In this document: positions 52,000 through 64,000 of the stretch, piece by piece
Layout: the number at the start of each line of letters is the position of its first letter
Position numbering within the stretch: the first letter of the stretch is position 1
NCBI GenBank assembly: GCA_965649765.1
Contig: OZ287748.1
Location: 92,752,001 to 92,816,000, forward strand
DNA: 64,000 nt
DNA from: Bispira polyomma
Lineage: Eukaryota
Reading direction: 5' to 3'
Program-made: the position numbers and the translations under genes
The notes under the pieces: model-generated
Seen by the model: only the letters and a program-made list of their open reading frames with translations
Told to the model about the DNA's origin: nothing
Database searches by the model: none

Positions 52000-52942
52000 A
52001 GGTATCACTACACTTAAATATTTGATCCCACAATTCCTACTTGATAGTTCCTATTAAATATCTGCTCACTATTTCTCAAAGTCATAATTAATATTTAGAT
52101 CTAAACTTTCACTTCAATAAATGTCCTGTCTCTACAAGCATTGCAAAGGCTAATAGGCAGTAAAGTGTAAAGCACACAGGCATCTATAATAGCCTAAAAA
52201 TGCACTATTCATGAACCAGATTGACCGGATCTAAAATCTAATCTATAATCCGTATTAGTTGGAACTCCAAAATGTGACAATGTGGCAAATATTTTTTTAG
52301 TAGAAGACATGTGTATTGATCATTGGCTGACTAGTATATGAACACAGAAAAACAATTTCATACACCACTGTAGATAGGTGTTTGCTACAACTTTCTATGT
52401 CATTGTATTTTACAATTTTAATTCGAAAACACTTTCTATTTAGAACCTATTAATACAATGTTATGTTCCTCAATTATTTTCATGAGGATTTGTTGATGCA
52501 TCTGTATTGGTATAGTTCACTAACTGAAGAAGTTAATGAAACCGGTAAACATTTTATGAAGGATGAAATTTCACAAGATGTATCTATTTCTCATGCCAAG
52601 ATCAACATTATAGTCAAATTGTACGTTAAATATGTTCAGTTGACAATATATAATGATGCAGCCAGATTGGACAATACACTGACTGAAGAAGTTATTGAAA
52701 TGGACAAACATTTTATGTAGGATGAAATTTTCCAGGACATATCTATTTCTTATGCAAAGACCAACCTTATAATCAAATTGTACATTAAATGAAATCATTT
52801 GACAATATATAATGATGAACTTTTGCAAGGGATGCTATTTCCGCATCAATATCTTTACAATAAGCAAGGACATCTTATTCATGGATGAAATTCAAGTATC
52901 TTTCCTAAATTGATGTAACTGATTGATGGACGATTAAAAGCA

Positions 52943-53014
52943 GGGGGTATAGCTCAGTGGCAGAGCATTTGACTGCAGATCAAGAGGTCTCTGGTTCAAC
53001 TCCAAATGCCCCCT
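52943..53014 (+). tRNA. tRNA-Cys(GCA), unit 35, T-stem mismatch type
   Basis: CCAAA variant. Confidence 0.8.
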
Positions 53015-53075
53015 TTTGTACCATTACGTGAAATATGTAAGCATGAAAATCATAATAAAACAACCCACACTGAAT

Positions 53076-53149
53076 AGGCTCTGCTGAGATTCGAACTCAG
53101 GATCTCCTGTTTACTAGACAGGCACTTTAACCAACTAAGCCACAGAGCC
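53076..53149 (-). tRNA. tRNA-Thr(AGT), unit 35
   Basis: major type. Confidence 0.9.
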
Positions 53150-54092
53150 AGGTATCACTACACTTAAATATTTGATCCCACAATTCCTACTTGACAGTTC
53201 CTATTAAATATCTGCTCACTATTTCTCAAAGTCATAATTAATATTTAGATCTAAACTTTCACTTCAATAAATGTCCTGTCTCTACAAGCATTGCAAAGGC
53301 TAATAGGCAGTAAAGTGTAAAGCACACAGGCATCTATAATAGCCTAAAAATGCACTATTCATGAACCAGATTGACCGGATCTAAAATCTAATCTATAATC
53401 CGTATTAGTTGGAACTCCAAAATGTGACAATGTGGCAAATATTTTTTTAGTAGAAGACATGTGTATTGATCATTGGCTGACTAGTATATGAACACAGAAA
53501 AACAATTTCATACACCACTGTAGATAGGTGTTTGCTTCAACTTTCTATGTCATTGTATTTTACAATTTTAATTCGAAAACACTTTCTATTTAGAACCTAT
53601 TAATACAATGTTATGTTCCTCAATTATTTTCATGAGGATTTGTTGATGCATCTGTATTGGTATAGTTCACTAACTGAAGAAGTTAATGAAACCGGTAAAC
53701 ATTTTATGAAGGATGAAATTTCACAAGATGTATCTATTTCTCATGCCAAGATCAACATTATAGTCAAATTGTACGTTAAATATGTTCAGTTGACAATATA
53801 TAATGATGCAGCCAGATTGGACAATACACTGACTGAAGAAGTTATTGAAATGGACAAACATTTTATGTAGGATGAAATTTTCCAGGACATATCTATTTCT
53901 TATGCAAAGACCAACCTTATAATCAAATTGTACATTAAATGAAATCATTTGACAATATATAATGATGAACTTTTGCAAGGGATGCTATTTCCGCATCAAT
54001 ATCTTTACAATAAGCAAGGACATCTTATTCATGGATGAAATTCAAGTATCTTTCCTAAATTGATGTAACTGATTGATGGACGATTAAAAGCA

Positions 54093-54164
54093 GGGGGTAT
54101 AGCTCAGTGGCAGAGCATTTGACTGCAGATCAAGAGGTCTCTGGTTCAACTCCAGATGCCCCCT
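54093..54164 (+). tRNA. tRNA-Cys(GCA), unit 36
   Basis: major type. Confidence 0.9.
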
Positions 54165-54225
54165 TTTGTACCATTACGTGAAATATGTAAGCATGAAAAT
54201 CATAATAAAACAACCCACACTGAAT

Positions 54226-54299
54226 AGGCTCTGCCGAGATTCGAACTCAGGATCTCCTGTTTACTAGACAGGCACTTTAACCAACTAAGCCAAAGAGCC
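54226..54299 (-). tRNA. tRNA-Thr(AGT), unit 36, G7T acceptor mismatch
   Basis: same variant as unit 16. Confidence 0.75.
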
Positions 54300-55242
54300 A
54301 GGTATCACTACACTTAAATATTTGATCCCACAATTCCTACTTGACAGTTCCTATTAAATATCTGCTCACTATTTCTCAAAGTCATAATTAATATTTAGAT
54401 CTAAACTTTCACTTCAATAAATGTCCTGTCTCTACAAGCATTGCAAAGGCTAATAGGCAGTAAAGTGTAAAGCACACAGGCATCTATAATAGCCTAAAAA
54501 TGCACTATTCATGAACCAGATTGACCGGATCTAAAATCTAATCTATAATCCGTATTAGTTGGAACTCCAAAATGTGACAATGTGGCAAATATTTTTTTAG
54601 TAGAAGACATGTGTATTGATCATTGGCTGACTAGTATATGAACACAGAAAAACAATTTCATACACCACTGTAGATAGGTGTTTGCTTCAACTTTCTATGT
54701 CATTGTATTTTACAATTTTAATTCGAAAACACTTTCTATTTAGAACCTATTAATACAATGTTATGTTCCTCAATTATTTTCATGAGGATTTGTTGATGCA
54801 TCTGTATTGGTATAGTTCACTAACTGAAGAAGTTAATGAAACCGGTAAACATTTTATGAAGGATGAAATTTCACAAGATGTATCAATTTCTCATGCCAAG
54901 ATCAACATTATAGTCAAATTGTACGTTAAATATGTTCAGTTGACAATATATAATGATGCAGCCAGATTGGACAATACACTGACTGAAGAAGTTATTGAAA
55001 TGGACAAACATTTTATGTAGGATGAAATTTTCCAGGACATATCTATTTCTTATGCAAAGACCAACCTTATAATCAAATTGTACATTAAATGAAATCATTT
55101 GACAATATATAATGATGAACTTTTGCAAGGGATGCTATTTCCGCATCAATATCTTTACAATAAGCAAGGACATCTTATTCATGGATGAAATTCAAGTATC
55201 TTTCCTAAATTGATGTAACTGATTGATGGACGATTAAAAGCA

Positions 55243-55314
55243 GGGGGTATAGCTCAGTGGCAGAGCATTTGACTGCAGATCAAGAGGTCTCTGGTTCAAC
55301 TCCAGATGCCCCCT
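55243..55314 (+). tRNA. tRNA-Cys(GCA), unit 37
   Basis: major type. Confidence 0.9.
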
Positions 55315-55375
55315 TTTGTACCATTACGTGAAATATGTAAGCATGAAAATCATAATAAAACAACCCACACTGAAT

Positions 55376-55449
55376 AGGCTCTGCCGAGATTCGAACTCAG
55401 GATCTCCTGTTTACTAGACAGGCACTTTAACCAACTAAGCCACAGAGCC
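55376..55449 (-). tRNA. tRNA-Thr(AGT), unit 37, T-stem wobble
   Basis: same variant as unit 17. Confidence 0.87.
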
Positions 55450-56393
55450 AGGTATCACTACACTTAAATATTTGATCCCACAATTCCTACTTGACAGTTC
55501 CTATTAAATATCTGCTCACTATTTCTCAAAGTCATAATTAATATTTAGATCTAAACTTTCACTTCAATAAATGTCCTGTCTCTACAAGCATTGCAAAGGC
55601 TAATAGGCAGTAAAGTGTAAAGCACACAGGCATCTATAATAGCCTAAAAATGCACTATTCATGAACCAGATTGACCGGATCTAAAATCTAATCTATAATC
55701 CGTATTAGTTGGAACTCCAAAATGTGACAATGTGGCAAATATTTTTTTAGTAGAAGACATGTGTATTGATCATTGGCTGACTAGTATATGAACACAGAAA
55801 AACAATTTCATACACCACTGTAGATAGGTGTTTGCTTCAACTTTCTATGTCATTGTATTTTACAATTTTAATTCGAAAACACTTTCTATTTAGAACCTAT
55901 TAATACAATGTTATGTTCCTCAATTATTGTCATGAGGATTTGTTGATGCATCTGTATTGGTATAGTTCACTAACTGAAGAAGTTAATGAAACCGGTAAAC
56001 ATTTTATGAAGGATGAAATTTCACAAGATGTATCTATTTCTCATGCCAAGATCAACATTATAGTCAAATTGTACGTTAAATATGTTCAGTTGACAATATA
56101 TAATGATGCAGCCAGATTGGACAATACACTGACTGAAGAAGTTATTGAAATGGACAAACATTTTATGTAGGATGAAATTTTCCAGGACATATCTATTTCT
56201 TATGCAAAGACCAACCTTATAATCAAATTGTACATTAAATGAAATCATTTGACAATATATAATGATGAACTTTTGCAAGGGATGCTATTTCCGCATCAAT
56301 ATCTTTACAATAAGCAAGGACATCTTATTCATGGATGAAATTCAAGTATCTTTTCTAAATTGATGTAACTGATTGATGGACGATTAAAAGCAT

Positions 56394-56465
56394 GGGGGTA
56401 TAGCTCAGTGGCAGAGCATTTCACTGCAGGTGAAGAGGTCTCTGGTTCAACTCCGGATGCCCTTT
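56394..56465 (+). tRNA. tRNA-Cys(GCA), unit 38, anticodon-stem swap type
   Basis: same variant as unit 18. Confidence 0.7.
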
Positions 56466-56525
56466 TTGTACCATTACGTGAAATATGTAAGCAGGAAAAT
56501 CATAATAAAACAACCCAGACTTAAT

Positions 56526-56599
56526 AGGCTCTGCTGAGATTCGAACTCAGGATCTCCTGTTTACTAGACAGGCACTTTAACCAACTAAGCCACAGAGCC
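56526..56599 (-). tRNA. tRNA-Thr(AGT), unit 38
   Basis: major type. Confidence 0.9.
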
Positions 56600-57541
56600 A
56601 GGTATCACTACACTTAAATATTTGATCCCACAATTCCTACTTGATAGTTCCTATTAAATATCTGCTCACTTTCTCAAAGTCATAATTAATATTTAGATCT
56701 AAACTTTCATTTCAATAAATGTCCTGTCTCTACAAGCATTGCAAAGGCTAATAGGCAGTAAAGTGTAAAGCACACAGGCATCTATAATAGCCTAAAAATG
56801 CACTATTCATGAACCAGATTGACCGGATCTAAAATCTAATCTATAATCCGTATTAGTTGGAACTCTAAAATGTGACAATGTGGCAAATAATTTTTTGGTA
56901 GAAGACATGTGTATTGATCATTGGCTGACTAGTATATGAACACAGAAAAACAATTTCATAGACCACTGTAGATAGGTGTTTGCTTCAACTTTCTATGTCA
57001 TGGTATTTTACAATTTCAATTCGAAAACACTTTCTATTTAGAACCTATTAATACAATGTTATGTTCCTCAATTATTTTCATGAGGATTTGTTGATGCATC
57101 TGTATTGGTATAGTTCACTGACTGAAGAAGTTATTGAAAACGGTAAACATTTTATGAAGGATGAAATTTCACAAGATGTATCTATTTCTCAAGCCAAGAT
57201 CAACATTATAGTCAAATTGTACGTTAAATATGTTTAATTGACAATATATAATGATGCAGCCAGATTGTACAGTACACTGACTGAAGAAGTTATTGAAATG
57301 GACAAACATTTTATGTAGGATGAAATTTTCCAAGACATATCTATTTCTTATGCAAAGACCAACCTTATAATCAAATTGTACATTAAATGAAATCAGTTGA
57401 CAATATATAATGATGAACTTTTGCAAGGGATGCTATTTCTGCATCAATATCTTTACAATAAGCAAGGACATCTTATTCATGGATGAAATTCAAGTATCTT
57501 TCCTAAATTGATGTAACTGATTGATGGACGATTAAAAGCAG

Positions 57542-57613
57542 GGGGGTATAGCTCAGTGGCAGAGCATTTCACTGCAGGTGAAGAGGTCTCTGGTTCAACT
57601 CCGGATGCCCCTT
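57542..57613 (+). tRNA. tRNA-Cys(GCA), unit 39, anticodon-stem swap type
   Basis: same variant as unit 19. Confidence 0.75.
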
Positions 57614-57673
57614 TTATACCATTACGTGAAATATGTAAGCAGGAAAATCATAATAAAACAACCCACACTGAAT

Positions 57674-57747
57674 AGGCTCTGCTGAGATTCGAACTCAGGA
57701 TCTCCTGTTTACTAGACAGGCACTTTAACCAACTAAGCCACAGAGCC
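57674..57747 (-). tRNA. tRNA-Thr(AGT), unit 39
   Basis: major type. Confidence 0.9.
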
Positions 57748-58687
57748 AGGTATCGCTACAATTAATATTTGATCCCACAATTCCTACTTGATAATTCCTA
57801 TTAAATATCTGCTCACTTTCTCAAAGTCATAATTAATATTTAGATCTAAACTTTCATTTCAATAAATGTCCTGTCTCTACAAGCATTGCAAAGGCTAATA
57901 GGCAGTAAAGTGTAAAGCACACAGGCATCTATCATAGCCTTTAAATGCGCTATTTAGAACAAGATTGACCAGATCTATAATCTAATCTATAATCCGTATT
58001 AGTTGGAACTCCAAAATGTGACAATGTGGCAAATATTGTTTTAGTAGAAGACATGTGTATTGATCATTGGCTGACTAGTATATGAACACAGAAAAACGAT
58101 TTCATAGACCACTGTAGATAGGTGTTTGCTTCAACTATCTATGTCATTGTATTTTACAATTTTAATTCGAAAACACTTTCTATTTAGAACCTATTAATAC
58201 AATGTTATGTTCCTCAGTTATTTTCATCAGGATTTGTTGATGCATCTGTATTGGTATAGTTCACTGACTGAAGAAGTTAATGAAACCGGTAAACATTTTA
58301 TGAAGGATGAAATTTCACAAGATGTATGTATTTCTCATGCCAAGATCAACATTATAGTCAAATTGTACGTTAAATATGTTCAGTTGACAATATATAATGA
58401 TGCAGCCAGATTGTACAATACACTGACTGAAGAAGTTATTGAAATGGACAAACATTTTATGTAGGATGAAATTTTCCAGGACATATCTATTTTTTATGCA
58501 AAGACCAACCTTATAATCAAATTGTACATTAAATGAAATCAATTGACAATATATAATGATGAATTTTTGCAAGGGATGCTATTTCCGCATCAATATCTTT
58601 ACAATAAGCAAGGACATCTTATTCATGGATGAAATTCAAGTATCTTTTCTAAATTGATGTAACTGATTGATGGACGATTAAAAGCAT

Positions 58688-58759
58688 GTGGGTATAGCTC
58701 AGTGGCAGAGCATTTCACTGCAGGTGAAGAGGTCTCTGGTTCAACTCCGGATGCCCTTT
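58688..58759 (+). tRNA. tRNA-Cys(GCA), unit 40, swap type with damaged acceptor
   Basis: GTGGGTA/TGCCCTT. Confidence 0.55.
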
Positions 58760-58819
58760 TTGTACCATTACGTGAAATATGTAAGCAGGAAAATCATAAT
58801 AAAACAACCCACACTTAAT

Positions 58820-58893
58820 AGGCTCTGCTGAGATTCGAACTCAGGATCTCCTGTTTACTAGACAGGCACTTTAACCAACTAAGCCACAGAGCC
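58820..58893 (-). tRNA. tRNA-Thr(AGT), unit 40
   Basis: major type. Confidence 0.9.
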
Positions 58894-59834
58894 AGGTATC
58901 ACTACACTTAAATATTTGATCCCACAATTCCTACTTGATAGTTCCTATTAAATATCTGCTCACTTTCTCAAAGTCATAATTAATATTTAGATCTAAACTT
59001 TCATTTCAATAAATGTCCTGTCTCTACAAGCATTGCAAAGGCTAATAGGCAGTAAAGTGTAAAGCACACAGGCATCTATAATAGCCTAAAAATGCACTAT
59101 TCATGAACCAGATTGACCGGATCTAAAATCTAATCTATAATCCGTATTAGTTGGAACTCTAAAATGTGACAATGTGGCAAATAATTTTTTGGTAGAAGAC
59201 ATGTGTATTGATCATTGGCTGACTAGTATATGAACACAGAAAAACAATTTCATAGACCACTGTAGATAGGTGTTTGCTTCAACTTTCTATGTCATGGTAT
59301 TTTACAATTTCAATTCGAAAACACTTTCTATTTAGAACCTATTAATACAATGTTATGTTCCTCAATTATTTTCATGAGGATTTGTTGATGCATCTGTATT
59401 GGTATAGTTCACTGACTGAAGAAGTTATTGAAACCGGTAAACATTTTATGAAGGATGAAATTTCACAAGATGTATCTATTTCTCAAGCCAAGATCAACAT
59501 TATAGTCAAATTGTACGTTAAATATGTTTAATTGACAATATATAATGATGCAGCCAGATTGCACAGTACACTGACTGAAGAAGTTATTGAAATGGACAAA
59601 CATTTTATGTAGGATGAAATTTTCCAGGACATATCTATTTCTTATGCAAAGACCAACCTTATAATCAAATTGTACATTAAATGAAATCAATTGACAATAT
59701 ATAATGATGAACTTTTGCAAGGGATGCTATTTCCGCATCAATATCTTTACAATAAGCAAGGACATCTTATTCATGGATGAAATTCAAGTATCTCCCTAAA
59801 TTGATGTAACTGATTGATGGAAGATTAAAAGCAT

Positions 59835-59906
59835 GTGGGTATAGCTCAGTGGCAGAGCATTTGACTGCAGATCAAGAGGTCTCTGGTTCAACTCCGGATG
59901 CCCTTT
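59835..59906 (+). tRNA. tRNA-Cys(GCA), unit 41, damaged acceptor, standard anticodon arm
   Basis: GTGGGTA/TGCCCTT with TTTGA/TCAAG. Confidence 0.55.
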
Positions 59907-59966
59907 TTGTACCATTACGTGAAATATGTAAGCAGGAAAATCATAATAAAACAACCCACACTGAAT

Positions 59967-60040
59967 AGGCTCTGCTGAGATTCGAACTCAGGATCTCCTG
60001 TTTACTAGACAGGCACTTTAACCAACTAAGCCACAGAGCC
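59967..60040 (-). tRNA. tRNA-Thr(AGT), unit 41
   Basis: major type. Confidence 0.9.
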
Positions 60041-60984
60041 AGGTATCACTACACTTAAATATTTGATCCCACAATTCCTACTTGATAGTTCCTATTAAAT
60101 ATCTGCTCACTATTTCTCAAAGTCATAATTAATATTTAGATCTAAACTTTCATTTCAATAAATGTCCTGTCTCTACAAGCATTGCAAAGGCTAATAGGCA
60201 GTAAAGTGTAAAGCACACAGGCATCTATAATAGCCTAAAAATGCACTATTCATGAACCAGATTGACCGGATCTAAAATCTAATCTATAATCCGTATTAGT
60301 TGGAACTCTAAAATGTGACAATGTGGCAAATAATTTTTTGGTAGAAGACATGTGTATTGATCATTGGCTGACTAGTATATGAACACAGAAAAACAATTTC
60401 ATACACCACTGTAGATAGGTGTTTGCTTCAACTTTCTATGTCATGGTATTTTACAATTTCAATTCGAAAACACTTTCTATTTAGAACCTATTAATACAAT
60501 GTTATGTTCCTCAATTATTTTCATGAGGATTTGTTGATGCATCTGTATTGGTATAGTTCACTGACTGAAGAAGTTATTGAAACCGGTAAACATTTTATGA
60601 AGGATGAAATTTCATAAGATGTATCTATTTCTCAAGCCAAGATCAACATTATAGTCAAATTGTACGTTAAATATGTTTAATTGACAATATATAATGATGC
60701 AGCCAGATTGTACAGTACACTGACTGAAGAAGTTATTGAAATGGACAAACATTTTATATAGGATGAAATTTTCCAGGACATATCTATTTCTTATGCAAAG
60801 ACCAACCTTATAATCAAATTGTACATTAAATGAAATCAGTTGACAATATATAATGATGAACTTTTGCAAGGGATGCTATTTCTGCATCAATATCTTTACA
60901 ATAAGCAAGGACATCTTATTCATGGATGAAATTCAAGTATCTTTCCTAAATTGATGTAACTGATTGATGGACGATTAAAAGCAG

Positions 60985-61056
60985 GGGGGTATAGCTCAGT
61001 GGCAGAGCATTTCACTGCAGGTGAAGAGGTCTCTGGTTCAACTCCGGATGCCCCTT
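60985..61056 (+). tRNA. tRNA-Cys(GCA), unit 42, anticodon-stem swap type
   Basis: same variant as unit 19. Confidence 0.75.
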
Positions 61057-61116
61057 TTATACCATTACGTGAAATATGTAAGCAGGAAAATCATAATAAA
61101 ACAACCCACACTGAAT

Positions 61117-61190
61117 AGGCTCTGCTGAGATTCGAACTCAGGATCTCCTGTTTACTAGACAGGCACTTTAACCAACTAAGCCACAGAGCC
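61117..61190 (-). tRNA. tRNA-Thr(AGT), unit 42
   Basis: major type. Confidence 0.9.
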
Positions 61191-62129
61191 AGGTATCGCT
61201 ACAATTAATATTTGATCCCACAATTCCTACTTGATAATTCCTATTAAATATCTGCTCACTTTCTCAAAGTCATAATTAATATTTAGATCTAAACTTTCAT
61301 TTCAATAAATGTCCTGTCTCTACAAGCATTGCAAAGGCTAATAGGCAGTAAAGTGTAAAGCACACAGGCATCTATCATAGCCTTTAAATGCGCTATTTAG
61401 AACAAGATTGACCGGATCTATAATCTAATCTATAATCCGTATTAGTTGGAACTCCAAAATGTGACAATGTGGCAAATATTGTTTTAGTAGAAGACATGTG
61501 TATTGATCATTGGCTGACTAGTATATGAACACAGAAAAACGATTTCATAGACCACTGTAGATAGGTGTTTGCTTCAACTATCTATGTCATTGTATTTTAC
61601 AATTTTAATTCGAAAACACTTTCTATTTAGAACCTATTAATACAATGTTATGTTCCTCAGTTATTTTCATCAGGATTTGTTGATGCATCTGTATTGGTAT
61701 AGTTCACTGACTGAAGAAGTTAATGAAACCGGTAAACATTTTATGAAGGATGAAATTTCACAAGATGTATGTATTTCTCATGCCAAGATCAACATTATAG
61801 TCAAATTGTACGTTAAATATGTTCAGTTGACAATATATAATGATGCAGCCAGATTGTACAACACACTGACTGAAGAAGTTATTGAAATGGACAAACATTT
61901 TATGTAGGATGAAATTTTCCAGGACATATCTATTTTTTATGCAAAGACCAACCTTATAATCAAATTGTACATTAAATGAAATCAATTGACAATATATAAT
62001 GATGAACTTTTGCAAGGGATGCTATTTCCGCATCAATATCTTTACAATAAGCAAGGACATCTTATTCATGGATGAAATTCAAGTATCTTTCCTAAATTGA
62101 TGTAACTGATTGATGGACGATTAAAAGCA

Positions 62130-62201
62130 GGGGGTATAGCTCAGTGGCAGAGCATTTCACTGCAGGTGAAGAGGTCTCTGGTTCAACTCCAGATGCCCTT
62201 T
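62130..62201 (+). tRNA. tRNA-Cys(GCA), unit 43, anticodon-stem swap type
   Basis: TTTCA/TGAAG with CCAGA TGCCCTT. Confidence 0.7.
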
Positions 62202-62261
62202 TTGTACCATTACGTGAAATATGTAAGCAGGAAAATCATAATAAAACAACCCACACTGAAT

Positions 62262-62335
62262 AGGCTCTGCTGAGATTCGAACTCAGGATCTCCTGTTTAC
62301 TAGACAGGTACTTTAACCAACTAAGCCACAGAGCC
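62262..62335 (-). tRNA. tRNA-Thr(AGT), unit 43, G26A variant
   Basis: plus strand reads ACAGGTACTTT. Confidence 0.85.
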
Positions 62336-63279
62336 AGGTAGCACTACACTTAAATATTTGATCCCACAATTCCTACTTGATAGTTCCTATTAAATATCTG
62401 CTCACTATTTCTCAAAGTCATAATTAATATTTAGATCTAAACTTTCATTTCAATAAATGTCCTGTCTCTACAAGCATTGCAAAGGCTAATAGGCAGTAAA
62501 GTGTAAAGCACACAGGCATCAAAAAAAACCTAAAAATGCACTATTCATGAACCAGATTGACCGGATCTAAAATCTAATCTATAATCCGTATTAGTTGGAA
62601 GTCTAAAATGTGACAATGTGGCAAATAATTTTTTGGTAGAAGACATGTGTATTGATCATTGGCTGACTAGTATATGAACACAGAAAAACGATTTGATAGA
62701 CCACTGTAGATAAGTGTTTCTTTCAACTTTCTATGTTTTAGTATTATACAGTTTTAATTCGAAAACACTTTCTATTTAGAACCTATTAATACAATGTTAT
62801 GTTCCTCAATTATTTTCATGAGGATTGGTTGATGCATCTGTATTGGTATAGTTCACTGACTGAAGAAGTTAATGAAATCGACAAACATTTTATGAAGGAT
62901 GAAATTTCACAGGATGTATCTATTTCTTATGCCAAGATCAACATTATAATCAAATTGTATGTTAAATATGTTCAGTTGACAATCTATAATGATGCAGCCA
63001 GATTGTACAGTACACTGACTGAAGAAGTTATTGAAATGGACAAACATTTTATATAGGATGAAATTTTCCAGGACATATCTATTTCTTATGCAAAGACCAA
63101 CCTTATAATCAAATTGTACATTAAATGAAATCAGTTGACAATATATAATGATAAACTTTTGCAAGGGATGCTATTTCTGCATCAATATCTTTACAATAAG
63201 CAAGGACATCTTATTCATGGATGAAATTCAAGTATCTTTCCTAAATTGATGTAACTGATTGATGGACGATTAAAAGCAG

Positions 63280-63351
63280 GGGGGTATAGCTCAGTGGCAG
63301 AGCATTTCACTGCAGGTGAAGAGGTCTCTGGTTCAACTCCGGATGCCCCTT
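63280..63351 (+). tRNA. tRNA-Cys(GCA), unit 44, anticodon-stem swap type
   Basis: same variant as unit 19. Confidence 0.75.
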
Positions 63352-63411
63352 TTATACCATTACGTGAAATATGTAAGCAGGAAAATCATAATAAAACAAC
63401 CCACACTGAAT

Positions 63412-63485
63412 AGGCTCTGCTGAGATTCGAACTCAGGATCTCCTGTTTACTAGACAGGCACTTTAACCAACTAAGCCACAGAGCC
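63412..63485 (-). tRNA. tRNA-Thr(AGT), unit 44
   Basis: major type. Confidence 0.9.
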
Positions 63486-64000
63486 AGGTATCGCTACAAT
63501 TAATATTTGATCCCACAATTCCTACTTGATAATTCCTATTAAATATCTGCTCACTTTCTCAAAGTCATAATTAATATTTAGATCTAAACTTTCATTTCAA
63601 TAAATGTCCTGTCTCTACAAGCATTGCAAAGGCTAATAGGCAGTAAAGTGTAAAGCACACAGGCATCTATCATAGCCTTTAAATGCGCTATTTAGAACAA
63701 GATTGACCAGATCTATAATCTAATCTATAATCCGTATTAGTTGGAACTCCAAAATGTGACAATGTGGCAAATATTGTTTTAGTAGAAGACATGTGTATTG
63801 ATCATTGGCTGACTAGTATATGAACACAGAAAAACGATTTCATAGACCACTGTAGATAGGTGTTTGCTTCAACTATCTATGTCATTGTATTTTACAATTT
63901 TAATTCGAAAACACTTTCTATTTAGAACCTATTAATACAATGTTATGTTCCTCAGTTATTTTCATCAGGATTTGTTGATGCATCTGTATTGGTATAGTTC

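Larger units (their letters stand above)
13100..64000. repeat. tandem tDNA array: ~1150-bp unit x 44 plus a partial unit, each with tRNA-Cys(GCA)+ and tRNA-Thr(AGT)-; continues beyond the window
   Basis: mostly exact 1150-bp periodicity (1146-1149 variants; 1114 in deletion units), also visible in the ORF track. Confidence 0.99.

Noticed and set aside
62521-62530. AAAAAAAACC replacing TATAATAGCC in one unit, read as a retro-insertion poly(A)
   Set aside because: Same length as the normal sequence with no target-site duplication; more likely local mutation or a consensus error
15782-63164. Repeated 85-aa ORFs (MFLNYFHEDL... on +, MQKFIIIYCQ... on -) as a tandem protein-coding family
   Set aside because: They overlap antisense to each other, match no domain I recognise, are broken by stops in several units, and simply reflect the repeated AT-rich spacer
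13100-64000. rDNA, 5S, histone or snRNA repeat, or an autonomous transposon array
   Set aside because: No such sequence, transposase or reverse transcriptase ORF is recognisable in the unit; only the two tRNA genes are

Overview
AT-rich eukaryotic DNA with spliceosomal introns, probably an invertebrate animal (taxon not determinable from the window). Bases ~1-13100 hold the last four coding exons of an FHL2/Limpet-type LIM-domain gene (+ strand, stop at 6211-6213), its introns and downstream region. These contain MITEs, tRNA-derived SINE-like fragments, minisatellites, and a 4 x 86-bp tandem duplication of a splice acceptor plus exon start. From ~13100 to the window end is a tandem array of a ~1150-bp unit (44 complete units plus a partial one). 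Each unit carries a convergent pair of tRNA genes: tRNA-Cys(GCA) on + and tRNA-Thr(AGT) on -, about 61 bp apart. The array shows nested 4-, 13-, 7- and 3-unit duplications, three Thr copies with the same net 36-bp deletion, and a Cys subfamily with a compensatory base-pair swap in the anticodon stem. The repeated 85-aa ORFs are spacer ORFs, not credible genes. Coordinates were counted by hand; no database searches were run.
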